Below, piece after piece: positions 1 through 10,116 of a stretch of 40,574 nt of DNA. The first letter of the stretch is position 1. The number at the start of each line of letters is the position of its first letter. The stretch spans positions 1-40,574 of the forward strand of contig CAYXSG010000002.1 in assembly GCA_964467325.1 (NCBI GenBank), written 5' to 3'. Source of the stretch: an uncultured Candidatus Saccharibacteria bacterium. Lineage in GTDB: Bacteria > Patescibacteriota > Minisyncoccia > Phycocordibacterales > JAKAEA01. A model generated the notes under the pieces. The model was given only the letters and a program-made list of their open reading frames with translations, ran no database searches and was not told the DNA's origin. The translations under genes were made by a program, and so were the position numbers.

Positions 1-95
1 AACAGAATTAGCGCAAAAATTTCCGTGAGCAGTCTTGCAACTCTTTCATTATGACCCTCACTCGGCTTATCCTTTTTATCTGCTTTATCCGCCAT
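1..95 (-). CDS. hypothetical protein, N-terminal fragment running off the window
   Basis: ATG at 95 lies 2 nt after the gatA stop and the frame stays open to the window edge (MADKADKKDKPSEGHNERVARLLTEIFALIL...). It is not GatB-like. Confidence 0.3.
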   Translation of the reverse strand, partial: MADKADKKDKPSEGHNERVARLLTEIFALIL

Positions 96-97
96 GC

Positions 98-1555
98 TTA
101 CATTATACCCGAAGCCGCTTCAAACTGTTTACCGATTGTGAACAGCGCGTCTTCCCTGCCTGACGGCGCCGTGAACTGAATGCCGAGCGGTAAAGCTTTG
201 CCTTCTCTTTTGGCAAAACCAGACGGAATGGAAATCGCCGGCAAGCTCGTAATATTGGCTGAGACCGTGAAAATATCGGCGAGATACATGGCGAGCGGGT
301 CTGAAGATTTTTCGCCGATTTTGAAAGCTGGAATTGGCGAGGTCGGCGTCAAAATCAAATCCACTTTTTTGAAGGCATTTTCAAAATCCTGCCGAAGTAA
401 GTTGCGGACGACGTTGGCTTTGTTGTAGTACGCGTCGTAGTAGCCGGTGGAAAGCACGTACGTACCAAGAATAATTCGACGGCGGACTTCGGTCCCAAAA
501 CCAGCGCGGCGCGTTTCCAAATAATCGTCCAGCAAATTCTTGCCGTCTTTGTGCAAGCCGTATTTCACGCCGTCAAAACGCGCGAGGTTGGATGACACTT
601 CCGCCGGCATGAGCACGTAGTAAACCGCGAGCGCGTAATCAATGTTTGGCAATTTAATATCCACAATTTCATGGCCGAGCTGCTTGAGTTTTTCCAAAGA
701 CGCTTTGAAATTCGCCATCACATCTTCATCCACGCCTTTGGCCATGAAATCATATGGCACCCCTATTCGCATTTTCCCCTCCCCCATCTCCTCTTTTTCC
801 AAAGAGGAGTGGCGAGTCTTCGAGCCGAGGTGTTCGCTACTGGTCGAATCCATCCTGTCCCAAACCCTAATCGCCTTAAAAATTATCTCAGCATCCTCCA
901 CTGTCTTTGTAATTGGTCCGATTTGATCCAAAGAAGAAGCCATGGCCATTAAGCCCGAGCGCGAAACTGCGCCGTATGTCGGCTTGAGTCCAACCAAACC
1001 GCATAAGCTGGCCGGCTGACGAATGGAACCGCCAGTGTCGGAACCAAGCGCTGCGAGCGCGCCACCCATCGCAACAGCCGCCGCCGAACCGCCGGAAGAA
1101 CCGCCCGCAACGCGCGTCGTATCAAAAGGATTTTTCACCACGCCAAACGCCGAGTTTTCGGTTGAACCGCCCATGGCAAATTCGTCCATGTTGGTGCGCC
1201 CAAGGAAAACCGGCTCGGATTTTTTCAGTTTGGCAATCACAGTCGCGTCATAAGTCGCTTTGTAATTTTCGAGCATCTTGGACGCCGACGAAGCAACTCG
1301 GCCTTTGATTAAAATATTGTCTTTAATCGCAAGCGGAATGCCGGTCAGCATGTCGGCTTTACCCGCTTTGATTTTCGCATCGGCGAGCTTGGCTTGCGTG
1401 TCAATGTCGGCAAAAACTTCCAAGTAGGCATTAATTTCCGGATTGTGTTTTTCAATTTCTTTTTTGTAAGCCTGCGCGAGCTCCACAGCCGAAAAATCGC
1501 CTTTTACCAAGTGCTCATGCGCTTTTTTGATTGTAAGAGTTTTCAAATCAATCAC
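98..1555 (-). CDS. gatA: Glu/Asp-tRNA amidotransferase subunit A
   Basis: 485-aa ORF with the amidase signature (GGSSGGSAAAVA, KDNI). It overlaps the gatC stop by 4 nt and carries an in-frame repeat arm at 786-836. Confidence 0.95.
   Translation of the reverse strand: MIDLKTLTIKKAHEHLVKGDFSAVELAQAYKKEIEKHNPEINAYLEVFADIDTQAKLADAKIKAGKADMLTGIPLAIKDNILIKGRVASSASKMLENYKATYDATVIAKLKKSEPVFLGRTNMDEFAMGGSTENSAFGVVKNPFDTTRVAGGSSGGSAAAVAMGGALAALGSDTGGSIRQPASLCGLVGLKPTYGAVSRSGLMAMASSLDQIGPITKTVEDAEIIFKAIRVWDRMDSTSSEHLGSKTRHSSLEKEEMGEGKMRIGVPYDFMAKGVDEDVMANFKASLEKLKQLGHEIVDIKLPNIDYALAVYYVLMPAEVSSNLARFDGVKYGLHKDGKNLLDDYLETRRAGFGTEVRRRIILGTYVLSTGYYDAYYNKANVVRNLLRQDFENAFKKVDLILTPTSPIPAFKIGEKSSDPLAMYLADIFTVSANITSLPAISIPSGFAKREGKALPLGIQFTAPSGREDALFTIGKQFEAASGIM
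786..836. repeat. single arm of the palindromic element family, in frame inside gatA
   Basis: Perfect hairpin CTCCTCTTT-TTCC-AAAGAGGAG followed by the tail TGGCGAGTCTTCGAGCCGAGGTGTTC. The tail matches the arm at 39151-39210 at 26/28 positions by hand alignment. Confidence 0.75.
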
Positions 1556-1833
1556 AGTATTTTTTTAACTTTCACATACTCGCCATCTTTCTGTGGCGCC
1601 TCGGCAATCAAATCTTCGCTGAAAATCCCCGCTTCATGCGGCTCGCTGTCTTCCCGCAAAACATTGCGCACCGCGCCGGCCGTCTTTACATCTTCTTTTC
1701 CAGATACCTTCTGAATCTGCGCGACGTAACCCAAAATACTCTCAATTTCCTTGGCAAACCGGCCTTCCTCCTCTTCGGAAAGCTTTATTCTCGCCAAGTT
1801 GGCCAACTTTTTAATATCTTCTCGGGAAATCAT
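1552..1833 (-). CDS. gatC: Glu/Asp-tRNA amidotransferase subunit C
   Basis: 93-aa ORF. The N-terminus MISREDIKKLANLARIKLSEEE is typical of GatC, and it is translationally coupled to gatA. Confidence 0.9.
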   Translation of the reverse strand: MISREDIKKLANLARIKLSEEEEGRFAKEIESILGYVAQIQKVSGKEDVKTAGAVRNVLREDSEPHEAGIFSEDLIAEAPQKDGEYVKVKKIL

Positions 1834-1839
1834 AAGAGT

Positions 1840-1848
1840 ACTATAACA
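1840..1848 (-). promoter_or_regulatory. extended -10 promoter (TGtTATAGT) for a leaderless gatC
   Basis: The -10 box ends 6 nt before ATG 1833, and there is no Shine-Dalgarno. Confidence 0.5.
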
Positions 1849-1873
1849 TAAGTTATTTTTTTATAAACGAAAA

Positions 1874-1905
1874 CCCCACGAAAATCCTGTGGGATTTTCG
1901 TGGGG
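1874..1905 (-). terminator. rho-independent terminator
   Basis: 14-bp stem CCCCACGAAAATCC/GGATTTTCGTGGGG with a 4-nt loop. On the minus strand it is followed by TTTTCGTTT. Confidence 0.7.
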
Positions 1906-2072
1906 GTGTTTTGGCCTACTTACTTGACCCGGACAAAGGTGAAGGTGGTGGACGGCAGCCACGCCCGATGGCTACCGCTACTGCGAGCCTCACGTTCCAG
2001 ATGATTCGCATCGAAACCATTGAGACCGAGTTTGACAGCGCGATGGTGAATGTCGAACAGATTCGCACCGGC

Positions 2073-2333
2073 TTAGAAGTTGTAAGTGTCCATTTCCTCA
2101 ACAGTGAGGGTGACCTTCTCGCCAACCTTGGTCTGCTTGACCTTCATCTCAACGGTGATTTTGCTGCTGGTCGTCTGCTGCTGTTGAGCCGCCGCCTTCC
2201 GTGAAGCAAAATCGTTAATCGCCGCAATATCATCAGGATCGGGTTGTACGCCCGGCGCGTACTTGGCGACCATCTGATCGATCACTCGCTTGCCACCGGT
2301 CGGATCGTTCACACTGTTCCATTGGTTTGCCAT
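2073..2333 (-). CDS. hypothetical protein (86 aa)
   Basis: AAAGGAG (2340-2346) sits 6 nt upstream of the ATG and the gene has its own promoter. No family recognised. Confidence 0.6.
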   Translation of the reverse strand: MANQWNSVNDPTGGKRVIDQMVAKYAPGVQPDPDDIAAINDFASRKAAAQQQQTTSSKITVEMKVKQTKVGEKVTLTVEEMDTYNF

Positions 2334-2393
2334 TATAGGCTCCTTTCAATTTCTGGGTTTAACCTAAGCAACATTACTTAGGTATCTATTTGC

Positions 2394-2402
2394 ATTATAT
2401 CA
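2394..2402 (-). promoter_or_regulatory. extended -10 promoter TGaTATAAT
   Basis: Consensus -10 with TGn, about 60 nt upstream of ATG 2333. The leader contains the hairpin CCTAAG-N8-CTTAGG. Confidence 0.45.
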
Positions 2403-2463
2403 TATATAAATATTATGTCAAATCATGTGGAGGTCAGACTTCAACAAACCCTTATTTTTAGGG

Positions 2464-4491
<2,028 letters not shown>

Positions 4492-4501
4492 CTACCCTAA
4501 A

Positions 4502-5017
4502 TTAGTAGTTGACTTCAAGGCCACGTTCGAGACGCTGCGGATCTGCCGTGTTGCAAGTGTTATAGCCGCGCGACTCTATCCTTGTTTTCAATTCATGCGC
4601 ATTATTTAAATATTTTGAAATTGTAATGCTAGCACAGGAATGATCACTAGCATTAAAAGCATTTAGGTTAAATTTTGAAACGATCGCAGAATAACTATCA
4701 ACAGTGCCATTTGAAGTAGTAATGGTGGTGTGCGGCACATTGTTGCAGTTAAAACTTGGCACGCTTTGTGGCGCTTGCAAAACTGCCGGCAATGCACTGG
4801 CGTCCACAAAAGCTGACTCCACTTTCTGATCCGCATAGAGCGCGCATTCAAGACCAGTGTCGGCCACGTAAAGCGCTTTTTGGGAATCTTTGCCAGCCAC
4901 CGCGAGCGTAGTTTGCTTCAGCGTAATGGAAAAAAGGCTGTACGCAATGGAAATGAGCGTGGCGGCAATCATGACACCAATAAGTAGAGCAAAACCTTTG
5001 TTGTTGGATTTAGTCAT
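4502..5017 (-). CDS. minor pilin-like protein (PilX-like, no Glu at +5)
   Basis: N-terminus MTKSNNKGFALLIGVMIAATL has a short basic leader and a hydrophobic helix. It is the last gene of the minor-pilin run. Confidence 0.55.
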   Translation of the reverse strand: MTKSNNKGFALLIGVMIAATLISIAYSLFSITLKQTTLAVAGKDSQKALYVADTGLECALYADQKVESAFVDASALPAVLQAPQSVPSFNCNNVPHTTITTSNGTVDSYSAIVSKFNLNAFNASDHSCASITISKYLNNAHELKTRIESRGYNTCNTADPQRLERGLEVNY

Positions 5018-5020
5018 AGT

Positions 5021-5569
5021 TTAATGCCAATTGGTTAAGGTTTCGGTCAACACCACGCTGTTGCCCGGCCAAACCACGGTTGAAGTCACCACCGCTTCCG
5101 CGCCCGAATCATTGGGTTGGCAATCCGCCGGCAAGCAAGCAATGTTGATGGATCGGTAGAAAGTGGATGCCGGACTGTTGCCGCTGTCGTTTTTCCAAGT
5201 GTAAATGCTGCTGCCGGAATCAAAAACTTGATAGAGCTGGCATAAGCCGTTGATGCTGCCGCCCGAGCAATCACTAATTTCCTCACTAATTGGATCAATA
5301 TCAAAACCTTTTCCAAGATAGGAAGTAAAGTTGCTGAGCCAGCCGGTCTGAGCGTTTGGATCCAAAGCGCTGTTAGTGAGCGCGGTGTTGTCGCGCATAT
5401 TGCGCACGAGCTCAAGCCCTTCCGCCGCCAAAAAATACGCCGTGGCCTGATTCTTCACTTGATAAGTGAATTGAAAAGATTTTTGAGCCATACCGAAAGC
5501 CGCGCCTACCGCCACGGTCATGATGGCGATGGCGATTAATGTTTCAAGAAGGGTGAAGCCTTTTTTCAT
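5021..5569 (-). CDS. prepilin-type minor pilin
   Basis: MKKGFTLLETLIAIAIM carries the G|FTLLE cleavage/methylation motif. Confidence 0.8.
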   Translation of the reverse strand: MKKGFTLLETLIAIAIMTVAVGAAFGMAQKSFQFTYQVKNQATAYFLAAEGLELVRNMRDNTALTNSALDPNAQTGWLSNFTSYLGKGFDIDPISEEISDCSGGSINGLCQLYQVFDSGSSIYTWKNDSGNSPASTFYRSINIACLPADCQPNDSGAEAVVTSTVVWPGNSVVLTETLTNWH

Positions 5570-5577
5570 GTTGATGG

Positions 5578-6135
5578 TTATAAGTTTGCGTCAGGTAAAC
5601 GCTGCGAAATGGTGGTCTGCAAAACAAATCGGGATTGGGCCGACACGGTCAAACCCGCAGAACCGCTGACGGAAATGAAGACTCTCGGCTGACCATCCGC
5701 CGTCCCAGTGCCGAAAAGTCGAAAGCGCAAGCCGGTAATATTGACTTCCGGCGCCGTCATCGGCATGTCCACGCCATTTAGGGTCCGATAAATTGCGCCC
5801 TTACCGCTTGTTGGATCGGTTTTCAAATAATATGTCACATCACGAGTTAGAGGATTGGCATTTTCAGCGGAAGAAAAAGAAACGCCGACGGCCGGATCAC
5901 AATCCCCGCTTGATTGAACCGAGCAGCTGTAATTGGTGCCGACACGGATGACACGCGACATGTTTTCCACCGCCACATTCAGGTTGTCCATCACCGATTT
6001 GAGCCCTTGCGCTTTGAGGTTCGCATCAATCAAAGCTAGCAAGGCGCCGGTCGTAGAAACAGCAACTAAAGTAAAAATGGAGAGCGACACCATGATTTCC
6101 ACCAGAAAGTAACCTTTTTGCTTTTGCGTTTTCAT
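5578..6135 (-). CDS. prepilin-type minor pilin
   Basis: MKTQKQKGYFLVEIMVSLSIF carries a G|YFLVE motif. Confidence 0.7.
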   Translation of the reverse strand: MKTQKQKGYFLVEIMVSLSIFTLVAVSTTGALLALIDANLKAQGLKSVMDNLNVAVENMSRVIRVGTNYSCSVQSSGDCDPAVGVSFSSAENANPLTRDVTYYLKTDPTSGKGAIYRTLNGVDMPMTAPEVNITGLRFRLFGTGTADGQPRVFISVSGSAGLTVSAQSRFVLQTTISQRLPDANL

Positions 6136-6140
6136 TTTAT

Positions 6141-6749
6141 TTATTGCACGGATATTTGGCCCGTCTGCTGAACCGTGATGGTTTTTTGAGCATTCACATC
6201 TTGCTTGGAACCAATGACAATTTTCACCGCGGAAATATTGCTGCCGGAAACAGTGCCGTCGTTGGCACTCATAATGGCGTCAGGATTCGGGCGCCGGAAA
6301 GTGATGTCTAGTTTGTTGCAAGCAGTGCAATTTCCGGAACCAAAAACGTAGCACAAGCTTTTGATGTAGTAAGCGCCGCGCAGGTTGTATGTGGTGGCGA
6401 GCGACGATTCGGCGTTGATGGACGTGTCGAAAATTCCATTCCCGTAAGTGTTGTCGTGATTGTCATTGTTATCAACGAACAGCCAGTAAGTGGTTGGCGT
6501 AGCGAGATCGAAATGGATGCCGTAAGGCGTTTCAAAATTGCCGGTTGAAGTTTTGGAACTTTTCACGCTCACGCCGTATGTTTGCGCAGTGCGGATGGAA
6601 AGCGCTATGTCGTACGCCAAGTTGGTCATGATAATGCCGCTGTCAAATTTTTTGTAGTTGACTAAAATCACCGCAAGAATGAGCACCATGATAGCGATGG
6701 CGACTATGAGTTCTATGAGTGTGAAACCTAAATTAAATTTTTTCTTCAT
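6141..6749 (-). CDS. prepilin-type minor pilin
   Basis: MKKKFNLGFTLIELIVAIAIM. I prefer ATG 6749 over the track's TTG 6776 because it gives a typical short basic leader. Confidence 0.8.
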   Translation of the reverse strand: MKKKFNLGFTLIELIVAIAIMVLILAVILVNYKKFDSGIIMTNLAYDIALSIRTAQTYGVSVKSSKTSTGNFETPYGIHFDLATPTTYWLFVDNNDNHDNTYGNGIFDTSINAESSLATTYNLRGAYYIKSLCYVFGSGNCTACNKLDITFRRPNPDAIMSANDGTVSGSNISAVKIVIGSKQDVNAQKTITVQQTGQISVQ

Positions 6750-6776
6750 ATGATTTAGCGAAATCATGCTAGGCAA

Positions 6777-7592
6777 TTAAATTCCAAAAACACTGTGAAG
6801 GCTGGCCACATCAAAAGCGAAAAAATACGCGAGGGCGAAACCGAGGATGAGATACGGCGCGAACGGAATCTCGCTCTTCATTGTAAGCTTTAAACCTTTG
6901 CGTTTCAATTGACCGAAAGCCAAGAGGAAGATACTTACGAGCGCGCCAATCCAAAAAGCCATGAACACCGCCGAAACGCCAAGGCCGAGGCCGAGCATCC
7001 AGCCGATGCCGAGCGCGAGCTTGCCGTCGCCGAGACCGAGCCAGCGGCCGTCGGAAACCAGCCACAAAAGATAGAACGGCAAGAATAAAATCGGACCGGC
7101 GAGCAGAGTAAAAATAAAAATATTGAGCGGCTGAACCGGTACGAAAATTAGAACTCTGATTAAACCAAGGACCGCGAAAGTATAGACTGCGCCGTTGGGA
7201 ATGATTTTGTGGCGCAAATCATAAACGCCAATTACAATAAGCAAACACCAAGCCACCACCGCGAGCACTGCTTCAAGAAGCAAAACTGGCGTCAAAGTTT
7301 GGATCAAGCTTGAAAAGTGGAAAAACAGCGCAACAAAAACCAAACTAGTAGAAAGTTCCACTAAAGGATATTGCCAAGAAAGTTTCGCTCGGCAATGCCG
7401 ACACATGCCTTTTTGCAAAACGAAGCTCAAGAGTGGCACCAGTTCATACCAAACTAAAGGCTTGCCGCAAGTCATGCATGCTGAGCGGCCGGTAACTACG
7501 CCGCGGCCGGTGTTGTAGCGGAAAATCACCACATTTAGAAAACTGCCGATGATCAAACCCAGACAGAAAACAAAAATGGCAATGAGAAACAT
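6777..7592 (-). CDS. pilD: prepilin peptidase (A24 family)
   Basis: Has CxxC...CxxC, multiple TM helices and the catalytic Asp motifs (VYDLRHK, GLGDGKL). ATG 7592 overlaps the upstream pilin stop as TAATG, and the track's N-terminal extension is non-homologous. Confidence 0.9.
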   Translation of the reverse strand: MFLIAIFVFCLGLIIGSFLNVVIFRYNTGRGVVTGRSACMTCGKPLVWYELVPLLSFVLQKGMCRHCRAKLSWQYPLVELSTSLVFVALFFHFSSLIQTLTPVLLLEAVLAVVAWCLLIVIGVYDLRHKIIPNGAVYTFAVLGLIRVLIFVPVQPLNIFIFTLLAGPILFLPFYLLWLVSDGRWLGLGDGKLALGIGWMLGLGLGVSAVFMAFWIGALVSIFLLAFGQLKRKGLKLTMKSEIPFAPYLILGFALAYFFAFDVASLHSVFGI

Positions 7593-8113
7593 TATGGTTT
7601 TGAAACTCGGTAAGTGTAGCCGGCAGGATTCAAGCCGGAATTCGCCGTCCAGTTGGTAATCGCGCAAGTGTTGGTCAAATCCACATTGGCATTTTGACTT
7701 TCCAAGTTTGCACCCAAACAGTATGAAGAGCCATCTGCTGAAGAATAGCCGTAAACATAATTTGCAGAGTTAAGCGGATCAGTTAGTGTTGACGGCAAAA
7801 AACCAAACTTTGTTAATTTATCAGCCATGTCAGCATAAGTGCCCGGTGAGCTTGCAGTATTTGGGCAACCGTAGCCTGAGTTTGCGTCGCCAGTTAAGGC
7901 ATCGCCAGCGCCAGTTGGATAATTGCCACATCGGTTGAGATAGGCCGCGAGCGCGAGCTGAATGTTTGAAATATCGGAAATTCTTTTCTGATCGCGCGAG
8001 CGCGCTTTCGCCGTCCCTAAGTTGGCCAAGACAATGCCGGAAAGAATCCCAATAATTGCAATTACCACCATGAGCTCAATCAACGTGAACCCGTTTTTGG
8101 ATTTTAAAGTCAT
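7592..8113 (-). CDS. type IV pilin
   Basis: [24 protein letters not shown] is a class III signal peptide. The start is taken at ATG 8113. Confidence 0.85.
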   Translation of the reverse strand: MTLKSKNGFTLIELMVVIAIIGILSGIVLANLGTAKARSRDQKRISDISNIQLALAAYLNRCGNYPTGAGDALTGDANSGYGCPNTASSPGTYADMADKLTKFGFLPSTLTDPLNSANYVYGYSSADGSSYCLGANLESQNANVDLTNTCAITNWTANSGLNPAGYTYRVSKP

Positions 8114-8148
8114 GAGGATATTATAACATATCAACTTACTCACAAATC

Positions 8149-8269
8149 ATAGCACCTCGGCTCGCCGACTCGCCACTCCTCTTTGTCTAAAGAGGAGATA
8201 CTTGCGCGCAAGTTCTTTTCCCCTCTTCAGACGAAGAGGGGTGCCATTCTTATGGCGGGGTGTTCTGAA
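8149..8269. mobile_element. full-length palindromic MITE/REP-like element with a degenerate left end
   Basis: Two inverted arms, each with a hairpin (CTCCTCTTT-GTCT-AAAGAGGAG and CCCCTCTTC-AGAC-GAAGAGGGG). The right end is GGTGTTCTG. The element ends 5 nt from the stop of pilin 8274-8723. Confidence 0.75.
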
Positions 8270-8273
8270 AAAC

Positions 8274-8723
8274 TTAAGGAGTTGGCACGACGCACTGTAC
8301 GCCGTCGTTGTAGTTGCCTGGGTCGGTACCAGCTGTCAAAGTTGTACCAATTTCACCAGAAAAACTAGTACTATCAATACAGAAATATTGACCGTCGCCC
8401 AAGAGATCATAGGCTGTGTAAGACACGTAGTCAGGAGAAACCGTACACACCGGAGGATTACCAGTTTGATTCTGAACAGCAGAAAGTAAATTCATAACAG
8501 TTGGATCAGAGCACGCGTCTTGATATGAGTTTCTAGAATTATCACTATTATAACTTTCCATATTAGACCGCAAACTTGTCATGCTTGCTTTTGCACTAGC
8601 ATCTTTAGCTCCAGCACGAGAACTACCCAATGACGCCAAAACTACAGAAGCTAATATACCAATAATAGCAATAACAACGAGCAATTCTATTAAGGTGAAG
8701 CCTTTTTTATTTATCCTCATCAT
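8274..8723 (-). CDS. type IV pilin
   Basis: [24 protein letters not shown] is a class III signal peptide. Confidence 0.85.
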   Translation of the reverse strand: MMRINKKGFTLIELLVVIAIIGILASVVLASLGSSRAGAKDASAKASMTSLRSNMESYNSDNSRNSYQDACSDPTVMNLLSAVQNQTGNPPVCTVSPDYVSYTAYDLLGDGQYFCIDSTSFSGEIGTTLTAGTDPGNYNDGVQCVVPTP

Positions 8724-8744
8724 TATTTATTATATATTAAATTA

Positions 8745-9248
8745 TTATAGACAAGCTGTGGCCGCGGCAAGTATTGCTACACCCTCTTGTTTACTCTGTC
8801 CTTTACTATCAACACACCACCACCCACCATTTTTAAGCGGCGCCTCCATAACCCATGCAGTCACTGGCGCACCAGCTGTATCGTGGCAAGTAACATGGGT
8901 TGCGTCACCCGCCAACGCTGGAGGATTTGCAGAACTTATTTGACTAGCGGAAACTGCTGAAGAATTCAAAACTCCTTTCATTATACCCGGTCCGGCAACT
9001 CCACCAAAACCACCAGAAGTTACTGCTGCCGCGCAAACACCACCGTAAGAGTTGCTGTTTGCTCCGGCATAAATTTCCCCCTGTGCTCGTGCGCCAGAAA
9101 GTTGAGCTTGGGTTGCAGCGTCAGAACCCTTATTGCGAGCTGTACCGAGTGAAGCCAGCACAACTGCCGACAAGATACCAATGATTGCAATTACGACTAG
9201 TAATTCAATCAATGTAAAACCTTTATGCTTATTAATTCCTAGTTTCAT
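8745..9248 (-). CDS. type IV pilin (major-pilin-like paralogue 2)
   Basis: [26 protein letters not shown]. Its C-terminus ...SKQE..A..ATACL is shared with 9371-9853. Confidence 0.9.
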   Translation of the reverse strand: MKLGINKHKGFTLIELLVVIAIIGILSAVVLASLGTARNKGSDAATQAQLSGARAQGEIYAGANSNSYGGVCAAAVTSGGFGGVAGPGIMKGVLNSSAVSASQISSANPPALAGDATHVTCHDTAGAPVTAWVMEAPLKNGGWWCVDSKGQSKQEGVAILAAATACL

Positions 9249-9310
9249 AATGAATACATTATATATTATAAAAATAAAAGAAAGATTGAGTTATCCACTC
9301 ACAAAAACAA

Positions 9311-9330
9311 AAACCACCCTCAGGTGGTTT
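9311..9330 (-). terminator. rho-independent terminator after pilin 9371-9853
   Basis: Stem AAACCACC/GGTGGTTT with a 4-nt loop. On the minus strand it is followed by TTTTGTTTTTGT. Confidence 0.6.
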
Positions 9331-9370
9331 TTGTTTCAAGAGAATCTTGAGAAAAGAATCCAGCTATAAC

Positions 9371-9853
9371 TTATAGACAAGCTGTGGCAGGAGCAAGCAT
9401 GGCTGCGGCTTCTTGCTTGCTTTGTCCAGAACTATCAGCACACCAGAACGAGCCTGAAACACTCTTTAGAGGAGCTTCCAAAACCCAAGCACTCGTGGCT
9501 GCTGCTGCAGTATCATGACAAGTAACTTTTGCTGCCGCTCCAGCAAGTGCTGGTGGATTAGCTGAACTAACTTGAACAGTACCACCAGAAGAAGCAGCTG
9601 CGCCAGCTGTAATAGCAGCAAAACCATTGTTTGCGGCTGTAGCAGCACAAACGCCGCCGTAAGAATTATTGTTCGCTCCAGCATAAATCTCACCTTGAGC
9701 ACGAGCGCCATCGAGTTGGGCTTGTGTCGCTGCGTCAGCACCCTTTGAGCGAGCCGTACCCAAGCTTGCTAATACCACTGCTGACAAGATGCCGATGATG
9801 GCGATGACGACGAGAAGTTCGATGAGAGTGAAACCTTTATTTAGTCTTTTCAT
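9371..9853 (-). CDS. type IV pilin (major-pilin-like paralogue 1)
   Basis: [23 protein letters not shown]. It is the first pilin after pilC and has its own terminator. Confidence 0.9.
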   Translation of the reverse strand: MKRLNKGFTLIELLVVIAIIGILSAVVLASLGTARSKGADAATQAQLDGARAQGEIYAGANNNSYGGVCAATAANNGFAAITAGAAASSGGTVQVSSANPPALAGAAAKVTCHDTAAAATSAWVLEAPLKSVSGSFWCADSSGQSKQEAAAMLAPATACL

Positions 9854-9998
9854 TATTTTATAAATTATTAACTATTAATTTTTTGACTTATATCAATCGA
9901 CCTAACCGCATAAGCGGTAGTCGCTATATGCCTATGCGTCCTATTATATCTCCATTTGGCTCGTTGCGTGCAAGAAATATTGTGGATAACTTTGAAAT

Positions 9999-10114
9999 CA
10001 GAACACCCCCAGCCCCCTCTTTGATTAAAGAGGGGGGAAGAGTAGAAATAAATTAGCAAGTCGGTTCTCCTCTTTAGACAAAGAGGAGTGGCCTTCTGAG
10101 GCCGAGGTGTTCTG
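9999..10114. mobile_element. full-length palindromic MITE/REP-like element
   Basis: Terminal inverted repeats CAGAACACCCC...GAGGTGTTCTG and two hairpin arms. It is flanked by the 3-bp direct repeat AAT (9996-9998 and 10115-10117) and abuts the pilC stop. Confidence 0.8.
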
Positions 10115-10116
10115 AA

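Noticed and set aside
1911-2204. 97-aa plus-strand ORF (TTG start) overlapping the 86-aa orphan
   Set aside because: It starts directly after a terminator hairpin with no promoter or RBS. The minus-strand gene has both a promoter and AAAGGAG.
8145-8275. Target-site duplication for the 8149-8269 element copy
   Set aside because: Its left terminus is degenerate (AGCACC instead of CAGAACACC) and the flanks (TCAT versus AAAA) do not repeat. Only the two intact copies show 3-bp flank repeats.
8183-8489. Plus-strand ORFs at 8183-8368 and 8202-8489, and the minus-strand ORF at 9868-10059
   Set aside because: They are made largely of repeat-element sequence or lie antisense to pilin genes. Their openness is a by-product of the palindromes.
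9943-9973. Sigma70-like promoter TTGCAC-19 nt-TATAAT upstream of the first pilin
   Set aside because: The 19-nt spacer is long, and an alternative (TGaTATAAG at 9887-9895) has a poor final base. I could not decide between them, so neither is reported as a feature.
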